IMG/VR virus record: IMGVR_UViG_3300047561_001243
Span: 36,246 to 100,245 of that record
DNA length: 64,000 nt
Direction: 5' to 3' (one strand)
Source of the DNA: a virus
Taxonomy: Duplodnaviria > Caudoviricetes
Shown here: positions 56,621 through 64,000 of the stretch, one piece after another
Layout of the letters: each line of letters starts with the position of its first letter
How positions within the stretch are numbered: position 1 is the stretch's first letter
Position numbers and translations under genes: made by a program
Notes under the pieces: model-generated
Told to the model about the DNA's origin: nothing
Database searches by the model: none
What the model saw: the letters and a program-made list of their open reading frames with translations, nothing else

Positions 56621-58339
56621 GTGAGTTCTATTGACTTTTCACCTCCCTCCTATAGGGCGGCGTCTAGCGACCTAACTATATCTATCTCCCCATTAGGCCT
56701 TGTTGAATTAGCAGATGAAGAATTTGAAGTTCATGGTCCCCGATTAAATCGTTATTCAATGAACTGGGCTATGTACCTAGGTCACCACTACAGCTATCGT
56801 CGCCAAGCTGGCGAATCACAGATTGTTCTTAATTACTACAGAGCTATTACAGATTTTATTAATAACTTTACCTTTGGTAAGGGTGTTCAATTTCGCAGCC
56901 CTAAAGAAACAGAAGCTATTGTCCCAGACTTATTAGAGCGCGTGTGGGAAGTAGATAACAACAAAGCTACAGTGCTTTGGGAGATTGGCCAGCAAGGCGC
57001 AGTCTCTGGAGATTGTTTTGTAAAGATTGCTTACGAAGAGGCTTACACAGACCCAGCTGGTCGCATTCACCCAGGGCGCGTAAGAATCCTTCCACTTAAT
57101 TCTTCTTTTGCCTTTCCAGAGTTTCACCCACATGACCGTGAACGTTTAGTTAGATTTAAACTTAAGTACCGTTTTTGGGGTACTTCTTTAGAAGGTACAC
57201 GTCAAGTGTTTACCTATACTGAGATTCTTACAGACGACATGATTGAAGAATATATTAACGATGAGTTAATTGACTCTCGCCCTAACCCACTGGGAACAAT
57301 TCCAGTGGTTCACATTCCAAATGTCAGAGTCTCAGGTTCTCCCTGGGGACTTTCTGATTGCGACCAAATTGTTAGCATCAACCGCACATACAATGAAGTT
57401 TCTACAGACATTGCAGACATCGTGAATTATCACGCTGCTCCTGTAACGGTGATAATTGGGGCCAAAGCTTCGCAACTTGAAAAAGGTGCGAACAAGGTCT
57501 GGGGCGGATTACCTAAAGACGCTCGGGTAGAGAACCTGGAGGGCGGGGCCCAGGGTCTTAAAGGCGCAATGGACTTCTTAGCCATGCTAAAGAAAGCCAT
57601 GCACGAAATGACTGGTGTTCCAGAAACAGCGTTAGGAACAGCACAACCTATTTCAAATACTTCTGGTGTAGCGCTATCAATTCAATTCCAGCCGTTAATG
57701 AACCGTTACCACCAAAAAATTATTCAGTATGCACATGGTCTTGAAAGAATTAATGAGTTAGTTCTTCTTAACCTTACAGTTAAAGAACCAGAAGCTCTTG
57801 TGTGGGACCCTAACGCTAGCCAGACACCTTTAAAGCCAGGACAAGTACCTCAGCTAAACCCAGCTGACCCAATTACTTACCGCTCGTATGTGCACTTCCC
57901 ACCTCCACTACCTTTGGATAAGTTAATTATCCTTAACGAAATTCAATCAAAAATGTCTTTAGGTCTTGAATCTAAAGAAGGTGCCTTACGTCTATTGGGC
58001 GAAGAGTTCCCTGCAGAGAAACTTACAGAAATTCGTCAAGAGCTTATGGATGACGCTAAAGCTGATGGTGCCTTGAAGCTCCTTCAGACAGAAATCCAAA
58101 ACGAAATTATGAGTCTTACTGGAATGATGGCTGGTCCTGATGGAACGGCAACCCCACTTCCAACAGGCCCAGAAGGTCAGCAAATGGCCCCATCTCCTAC
58201 GGGTGGCTCAACCCCAATCCTTGATGACGCCCAAATGATGCTTGCCCAAGGCGAGCAAGGGGTACGAAACCGATTGGTTACAGAAGCTTACGGAACACAA
58301 CTTCCTCAGCGAAGGGTTCCGCAGGATTACGAAAAGTAA
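56621..58339 (+). CDS. Portal protein (SPP1 gp6-like)
   Basis: Size and position, NPLG.IPVVH.PN, G.SD, SGVAL motifs. Confidence 0.9.
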   Translation: MSSIDFSPPSYRAASSDLTISISPLGLVELADEEFEVHGPRLNRYSMNWAMYLGHHYSYRRQAGESQIVLNYYRAITDFINNFTFGKGVQFRSPKETEAIVPDLLERVWEVDNNKATVLWEIGQQGAVSGDCFVKIAYEEAYTDPAGRIHPGRVRILPLNSSFAFPEFHPHDRERLVRFKLKYRFWGTSLEGTRQVFTYTEILTDDMIEEYINDELIDSRPNPLGTIPVVHIPNVRVSGSPWGLSDCDQIVSINRTYNEVSTDIADIVNYHAAPVTVIIGAKASQLEKGANKVWGGLPKDARVENLEGGAQGLKGAMDFLAMLKKAMHEMTGVPETALGTAQPISNTSGVALSIQFQPLMNRYHQKIIQYAHGLERINELVLLNLTVKEPEALVWDPNASQTPLKPGQVPQLNPADPITYRSYVHFPPPLPLDKLIILNEIQSKMSLGLESKEGALRLLGEEFPAEKLTEIRQELMDDAKADGALKLLQTEIQNEIMSLTGMMAGPDGTATPLPTGPEGQQMAPSPTGGSTPILDDAQMMLAQGEQGVRNRLVTEAYGTQLPQRRVPQDYEK

Positions 58340-58454
58340 TGGGTTTAACACATAACTTTGCGTGATGTACGGCAAAATTAAATACTAAGAAATCATCGTT
58401 TGGTCATACGTGCTCACACATCGGATAACGACCCAGAGAATAGAGGATATAAGA

Positions 58455-59234
58455 ATGTCAGAAATCGCAGAAGCAGCTGTCGAAGGCTTTGCAGCCGAGG
58501 CAGGTACAGTTCCAGTAGTTAACGTGCAGGGTGTTGACGCACCTGCTGTTACTACTACGGAAGCAGTTAAGTCCAAGTTCTATACAGAAGAGGATTTAGC
58601 TAAAGTACGTACACAAGAAAAAGACAAACTCTACCCAACAATTGAAAAACTCAAAGAACAGGTAGACGTTCTGACTCGTGAACGTCAAGAGCAATCAGCA
58701 AGACAAGATGCTGAGGTAGCTGAAAAAGCTGCACAGACAAAGTTGCAACAGGAAGAAGAACTTTCTGCCAAGGACTTGCTTAAGCTTAAAGAGTCAGAGT
58801 GGAAGGAACAGCTGGAGCGTGAGCGCCAAGAGCGCGAACGAGCCTTTGCTCTTCTGGAACAAGAAAAAACTTTTGCGGATATTCAATCCTTCCGCCAACA
58901 GTTACTTGAACAAGAGCGGGAAAATATTATTCCTGAACTTGTTGACTTGATTAGTGGCAGTACTCGTGAAGAACTTCAGACAAGCGTTGAAAGCTTGAAA
59001 GACCGTTCAACACGAATTTTAGAGTCGGCACAATCTGCAATGCAGAATGCTCGCCGCGAAATGACGGGGACTAGGGTTACTACGCCCCCAGCTGGACCAT
59101 TGGAAACTCAAACGGAGCAACGCAACTTTACGGCGCAAGAAATTGCGTCAATGTCGGTAAACGAATACGCAAAATATCGAAGCCGTCTTTTGAGCCCTCA
59201 AGCTCAAGGCAAGACGTCGGGTCTGTTCGGTTAA
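58455..59234 (+). CDS. Capsid scaffolding protein
   Basis: Glu/Lys-rich coiled coil between portal and capsid genes. Confidence 0.75.
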   Translation: MSEIAEAAVEGFAAEAGTVPVVNVQGVDAPAVTTTEAVKSKFYTEEDLAKVRTQEKDKLYPTIEKLKEQVDVLTRERQEQSARQDAEVAEKAAQTKLQQEEELSAKDLLKLKESEWKEQLERERQERERAFALLEQEKTFADIQSFRQQLLEQERENIIPELVDLISGSTREELQTSVESLKDRSTRILESAQSAMQNARREMTGTRVTTPPAGPLETQTEQRNFTAQEIASMSVNEYAKYRSRLLSPQAQGKTSGLFG

Positions 59235-59278
59235 CCCTTAAACATCCATCAATCTAATTAATTAGGAGTCAAAGCTAA

Positions 59279-60349
59279 ATGGCATCAAGTATCACAGGAA
59301 CGGGCTCACTCGCAGCCGCACCTACAGCGTACTCAGGTACCAACACACAGCTCACACAAGCGATTCAGCAAATCTGGTCAAAGGAAATTCTATTCCAGGC
59401 CATGCCTATCCTTCGTTTTGAGCAGTTCGCAGTCAAGAAGACTGAGCTCGGTGTTGCCCCTGGTCTTCAAATCAACTTCATGCGTTACAACAACCTCGGA
59501 TTCGCTTCTTCACTTGTTGAAGGTGTCCGCATGCAAACTAACGCATTAACAGCACAGCAGTTCTCAATCACAGTAACAGAGCATGGTTATGCTCTTGCTG
59601 TTTCAGAGCTATTGCTTAACGCTTCATTCGATGACGTAATGGCTTCAGCCTCACGTCTTCTTGGTCGTAACATGGCTATCTATCTTGACCAGCTATCACG
59701 CGACACACTTTATGCAGCAACTTCAACCATCTATGGTGAAGACCGCTCAAACCTAACAGCAGTTAACAATTGGTATGCCCAAGGCTCAACAGGCGGTAAC
59801 CGTGCTGCTATGACAGGTAACTTCTTCTTGACTCCTCACACAATCAAGGACGCTGCAGAAACACTTGCAACAAAGAACATCCCTCGCCTTGGTGAGACAT
59901 ATGTTGCTTTTGTTCACCCACACCAGAGCCGTAAGCTCCGTGACAATCCAGAATTCATTGAAGTCACAAAGTACGCAGCTCCAGGTAACTTCATGCTTGG
60001 TGAAATTGGTCGTCTATACGACGTAGTATTCATCGAAACCACACAGGTCCTTAAGGTCGCTGGTGGTGCTGGTACTTCTTACACCGCAGACACAGCTGTT
60101 GCTAACCCAACAGTAGCTGCTGGTGGAGGTTACACAACTCCTGCTACCTACACAGGTAACGGTGGTTCAGACCGCTATTCAGCTATCTTCATTGGAGATA
60201 ACGCATTCGGTCACGCAATCTCACTTCCAGTTGAACTACGCGATGGCGGAATCTTGGACTTCGGTCGTGAGCACGCTCTTGCTTGGTACTCAATCTTCGG
60301 TCTTGGTCTAATTACTGACCAGTCTGTAATCATTGCAGAAACCAACTAA
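59279..60349 (+). CDS. Major capsid protein (N4-gp56-like HK97 fold)
   Basis: YVAFVHP...LR....F......Y......GEIG....V.F.ET, FG..A.G motifs; strong codon bias; followed by a terminator-like hairpin. Confidence 0.9.
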   Translation: MASSITGTGSLAAAPTAYSGTNTQLTQAIQQIWSKEILFQAMPILRFEQFAVKKTELGVAPGLQINFMRYNNLGFASSLVEGVRMQTNALTAQQFSITVTEHGYALAVSELLLNASFDDVMASASRLLGRNMAIYLDQLSRDTLYAATSTIYGEDRSNLTAVNNWYAQGSTGGNRAAMTGNFFLTPHTIKDAAETLATKNIPRLGETYVAFVHPHQSRKLRDNPEFIEVTKYAAPGNFMLGEIGRLYDVVFIETTQVLKVAGGAGTSYTADTAVANPTVAAGGGYTTPATYTGNGGSDRYSAIFIGDNAFGHAISLPVELRDGGILDFGREHALAWYSIFGLGLITDQSVIIAETN

Positions 60350-60366
60350 AAACTTAATAGCAGATG

Positions 60367-60390
60367 GGGTGGGGCCGAAAGGCCCCACTC
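60367..60390 (+). terminator. Hairpin/terminator after the capsid gene
   Basis: GTGGGGCC-GAAA-GGCCCCAC stem with GNRA loop; weak U-tract. Confidence 0.6.
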
Positions 60391-60422
60391 TAATTAAACC
60401 GAGACATTAAATTGGAGAAAAA

Positions 60423-60788
60423 ATGGCAACAAACCAGGTTAAGCCTACAGATGTAACTGGCCGCTCACGAGCAGCCGCCGCTAAAGAATTCGCGGAAGAA
60501 CAAAATGCACGAGCTGCAGAGATGTCGCTAGCAACTGCTAAGAAAGCAGAAGAGCTAGACGGCGTTATTGACGCTACAAAGCCAAACCGTCAAACAGTGA
60601 TTGTTGACAACCCAACTAAAATTGGTGAGTCAGAAGATACAGTTGTAATTCGAGTAATTGCAGATATCGAGCACATGACATTAGGCGCAGGAAATACTTT
60701 CTCATTTAAGGCAGGGCAAAAGTACGAGGTAGCTCGTGACGTTGCTAAACACTTAGAAGAAAAGGGATACTTAGCTGGCGTTATCTAA
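60423..60788 (+). CDS. Hypothetical head-associated protein
   Basis: Follows the capsid gene; FKAGQKYEV...VA.HLEEKG motif. Confidence 0.6.
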   Translation: MATNQVKPTDVTGRSRAAAAKEFAEEQNARAAEMSLATAKKAEELDGVIDATKPNRQTVIVDNPTKIGESEDTVVIRVIADIEHMTLGAGNTFSFKAGQKYEVARDVAKHLEEKGYLAGVI

Positions 60789-60896
60789 ACGCGATTATTA
60801 AGCGGAGTGGGCGCCTCTATGGGGCGCCTGTTTCGTTTTACGGGGATTTATTACTTAATAACTGTCATCATTTAGTCGTAGCGTTAGGAGTATGAA

Positions 60897-61961
60897 GTGG
60901 CTCTACTTGCAGACCTAGTATCTAGAGTCCGTTTAGAGTTGGGTGACCAACCCAAACAATTTACATACTCAGGCAAAGGCGATGGCGCAAGCCTAAAATT
61001 TACCCTTAACGCTAAGCATGTTGAGACTACAGGTCTCTATGTAACTGTTGGTGGCGTGGCAAAAACATACCCAGCTCAATACACTCTAGAAGAACTTACT
61101 GGGGTTATTACCTTTGCTACCGCCCCAGCTTTAAACGCAATCATTGCCGTTACTGGCACAGCCAATCGCTATTTTGTTGATGCAGACATCTGTAACTTTG
61201 TTAACACTGCCGTTATTCAGCACCTTCATAACCGTGCGGATAACATGGGTAGCATGATGACTATTGCATCTATTCCACCAGTTGAAGAGTACCCAATCGC
61301 TATCCTTGCAACCATTGAGGGACTGTGGGCTTTAGCAACTGATGCATCTTTTGATATTAATATTACCGCACCCGATGGTGTTGTTATCCCACGGTCTGCG
61401 CGTTATCAGCAACTTACTAACACAATCCAACAACGCTGGGAACAGTATCGTCAGCTTTGCTCTGCTTTAAATATTGGGCTGTGGCGCCTAGAGATAGGTA
61501 CCTTACGCCGCGTTAGCCGCACTACTAACAAACTCGTGCCCGTATATATGCCACAAGAAATTGATGACTCCCGCAGACCAGAACGCGTCTACATTGAAAA
61601 CAATCTTAATGGGCGTTCACCTATGCCTACTACTGTTCAAAATTACGATATAGCGTTATACCAAGGAGACTCATACGAAGTAGAATTTGATTTCCCATTT
61701 GATACAACTGCCCTTACTTTTGCAGCGCAGATTCGCACATACCCTAACGCCCCATCTCTGTACGCCTCATTTACAATAACAACAATCTCTACCTCATCTA
61801 CCTTGAGTAAGATTAAGCTATCGCTTACAAATAGCGCAACAAAATATATGCCTGTACGAGCGTTCTGGGATTTGCAAGCGACTGCTGCGTCTGACCCTAC
61901 CTATCAAATGACATACATTAAAGGTCAGGTGTTTACGACACAGCAGGTGACAAGTGACTAA
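60897..61961 (+). CDS. Head-tail connector/neck-like structural protein
   Basis: VRLELGD N-terminus typical of adaptors, GDG....F.L segment, C-terminal YQGD...AQIR baseplate-like domain. Confidence 0.6.
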   Translation: MALLADLVSRVRLELGDQPKQFTYSGKGDGASLKFTLNAKHVETTGLYVTVGGVAKTYPAQYTLEELTGVITFATAPALNAIIAVTGTANRYFVDADICNFVNTAVIQHLHNRADNMGSMMTIASIPPVEEYPIAILATIEGLWALATDASFDINITAPDGVVIPRSARYQQLTNTIQQRWEQYRQLCSALNIGLWRLEIGTLRRVSRTTNKLVPVYMPQEIDDSRRPERVYIENNLNGRSPMPTTVQNYDIALYQGDSYEVEFDFPFDTTALTFAAQIRTYPNAPSLYASFTITTISTSSTLSKIKLSLTNSATKYMPVRAFWDLQATAASDPTYQMTYIKGQVFTTQQVTSD

Positions 61962-64000
61962 TTGTGTAATTTGCGGTCAGCCTAGCTGTACCTGTTCAAC
62001 ACAGGGAATCAATGTAGTCCCTCGTGCACCTATTGTCGTCAGTGTTAATGTCCCGACGCCAGTTACACCTACTTCAAATAATCTAACCGTAAATCCTGGA
62101 GCACAAGGAACATCTGGTTTCCAAGGCGCACAAGGAACTCAAGGTGTTCCTGGTCAAGGATTACAAGGCCCTAGTGGTGTACAAGGATTACTTGGTGCAC
62201 AAGGATTACAAGGACGTCAAGGTGTACAAGGTGTCTCTGGTCAAAGCATTCAGGGTCAAGCTGGAACAAGCGGCTCAAACGGAACTCAGGGTGCAATTGG
62301 TTTACAGGGGTTCTTTGGAACTCAAGGCTTTAAAGGCGACATTGGTATCCAAGGTTCCGTTGGTCTTCAAGGTAATTTTGGTCCTCAAGGTATTTCTGGT
62401 GTGCAGGGTGCTGGTATTCAGGGCACCCGTGGTATTCAAGGTGAGCTAGGTAGTCAAGGACTTCAAGGTAACACTGGCTCAATTGGTGTTCAAGGAGTAC
62501 AGGGCACACTTGGTCTTCAAGGGTTTCAAGGTCTACAAGGTTTGTATGGGCCAGTAGGTTCACAAGGTGTACAGGGCGTACAGGGTAATTTTGGTGTACA
62601 AGGTAATCAAGGTACACAAGGTTTTCTAGGACCAATTGGTAATCAAGGTACTACTGGTCTTCAAGGACAAGTTGGTTTACAGGGTAACCAAGGTACACAA
62701 GGTGTTGGCATACAAGGCTCACTTGGTATGCAAGGTATTCAGGGCCTTAAAGGTGAGACTGGTTCTTACAACGCAAAAGATTCTGTTTACACAGCTACTA
62801 CCGCAGTACTTTCTAACTCACCAGTCTATGCGGTTGGAACACTAGGTGCTGATGGCGGATACGGTGTTGGGGCACAACTTTACGCATCAATCAATGGAGT
62901 TTTAACAGTTGGTGGGGTTAACCCGCCAACCAACTCCCGTGTTCTTGTTAAGAACCAAGCAAATCCTTTACACAACGGTGTCTATGTTGTTACTAACACT
63001 GGTTCAAGTATTGCTCCATGGAGACTTACTCGCGCTACTGATTATGACAATAGTACTGCTGCTGAAATTCGAAATGGTGATTACTTATACGTAACCCATG
63101 GAACTTTATCTGGAAATGCGTTTTTGCAAAACCAAGATGGTACTGGAACAAACGACAGTATTATTATTGGCACCGACCTTATTTATTTTGTTATTACTGA
63201 TGGTGTTGGTCCTGCGGGTGCGCAGGGTGTTCAAGGAACAATTGGTGTACAGGGTTTTCAAGGTACTCAGGGAGTTCAGGGTCTTTTAGGTTTTCAAGGT
63301 TTAACTGGTCAAGGATTACAAGGAACTTTAGGTAATCAAGGTTTAACTGGTTTACAAGGAGCTCAAGGTTTACAGGGCGCTGCACTTCAAGGCGTACAAG
63401 GTATGGCTGGTTCTGTACAGGGACAGACTGGTACGCAAGGTGCTTTAGGTCTTCAAGGTCAAACTGGTTCACAAGGAACCCAAGGTTTACAAGGAGTTCA
63501 AGGAACTCTTGGTCTACAAGGTTTTGTTGGTGCCCAAGGCGCACAAGGTGTTCAAGGTTTACTTGGTCTGCAAGGACTTCTTGGTAATCAAGGCGTTCAA
63601 GGTAATCAAGGTAATCAAGGTATTCAAGGATTCTTTGGATTACAAGGAGCCACTGGTCTTGGCCTGCAAGGTATCCAAGGTAACCAAGGCCCTAACGCTG
63701 CAATTTCATTTGGTTTAACACCACCCCAATACCCATTACTTGGTGACCGCTGGGTTGACTCTAATTCTGGTTCCGAATATACCTACATCAATGATGGTGA
63801 TAATTATTATTGGGTAGAAGTTTCTGCTTCAGGTTTTTCTGGTCAAACTGGTTCTCAAGGTATTCAAGGCGCAGTAGGCGTTGGTGCCGATGGTGCTCAA
63901 GGTTTACAAGGATTCCTTGGTACACAAGGATTGACGGGAGCTGGAACACAAGGTACTCAAGGCATACAAGGTGGCTTAGGTTCTCAAGGTTTACAGGGAT
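61954..64000 (+). CDS. Collagen-like fibre protein (3'-truncated; not in ORF track)
   Basis: Open frame from GTG 61954 to the window end; long G-X-Q triplet runs interrupted by RVLVKNQ...NGVY...RATD and GDRW domains. Confidence 0.9.
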   Translation, partial: MTNCVICGQPSCTCSTQGINVVPRAPIVVSVNVPTPVTPTSNNLTVNPGAQGTSGFQGAQGTQGVPGQGLQGPSGVQGLLGAQGLQGRQGVQGVSGQSIQGQAGTSGSNGTQGAIGLQGFFGTQGFKGDIGIQGSVGLQGNFGPQGISGVQGAGIQGTRGIQGELGSQGLQGNTGSIGVQGVQGTLGLQGFQGLQGLYGPVGSQGVQGVQGNFGVQGNQGTQGFLGPIGNQGTTGLQGQVGLQGNQGTQGVGIQGSLGMQGIQGLKGETGSYNAKDSVYTATTAVLSNSPVYAVGTLGADGGYGVGAQLYASINGVLTVGGVNPPTNSRVLVKNQANPLHNGVYVVTNTGSSIAPWRLTRATDYDNSTAAEIRNGDYLYVTHGTLSGNAFLQNQDGTGTNDSIIIGTDLIYFVITDGVGPAGAQGVQGTIGVQGFQGTQGVQGLLGFQGLTGQGLQGTLGNQGLTGLQGAQGLQGAALQGVQGMAGSVQGQTGTQGALGLQGQTGSQGTQGLQGVQGTLGLQGFVGAQGAQGVQGLLGLQGLLGNQGVQGNQGNQGIQGFFGLQGATGLGLQGIQGNQGPNAAISFGLTPPQYPLLGDRWVDSNSGSEYTYINDGDNYYWVEVSASGFSGQTGSQGIQGAVGVGADGAQGLQGFLGTQGLTGAGTQGTQGIQGGLGSQGLQG

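Noticed and set aside
62144-63718. Several ORF-track entries on both strands in the collagen region
   Set aside because: Shadow frames of the G-X-Q repeat gene starting at 61954

Overview
64-kb segment of a large tailed dsDNA phage, most likely infecting Actinomycetota (two whiB genes; the fairly low GC would fit a freshwater acI-type host, which is inference). Layout: (i) 1-12.6 kb replication/recombination genes (primase end, dNMP kinase, SNF2 helicase, SSB, family-A polymerase, RecA, two resolvase-like nucleases, Cas4-like nuclease, WhiB, SpoVS); (ii) 12.6-22.2 kb small unknown proteins, a nucleotidyltransferase/HAD-like/degenerate TGT-fold trio, class II ribonucleotide reductase and a FkbM methyltransferase; (iii) 22.3-33.1 kb minus-strand block of small, probably early genes; (iv) 33.2-42.5 kb three tRNAs, HNH genes, a large PA14 surface protein and lysis genes; (v) 42.5-52.5 kb virion accessory genes and a hydroxylation/glycosylation/sulfation island; (vi) 54-64 kb terminase, portal, scaffold, major capsid, head-completion protein and a collagen-like fibre running off the window. 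The most striking unexplained structure is in block (iii): 12 DnaA boxes in 5.8 kb. Five of them sit in an exactly spaced cassette (DnaA box, 4 bp, MtrA/GlnR-type direct repeat, 10 bp, -35, 17 bp, -10) that faces the early genes and one ORF-free structured region. Three cassettes are flanked by conserved long palindromes. Other highlights: a mirror-symmetric 16-Cys ladder in a putative fibre protein, an anti-SD hairpin in the polA leader, and a recurring TTTA-N25-(-10) late promoter motif. All calls come from reading motifs by eye; no database searches were run.
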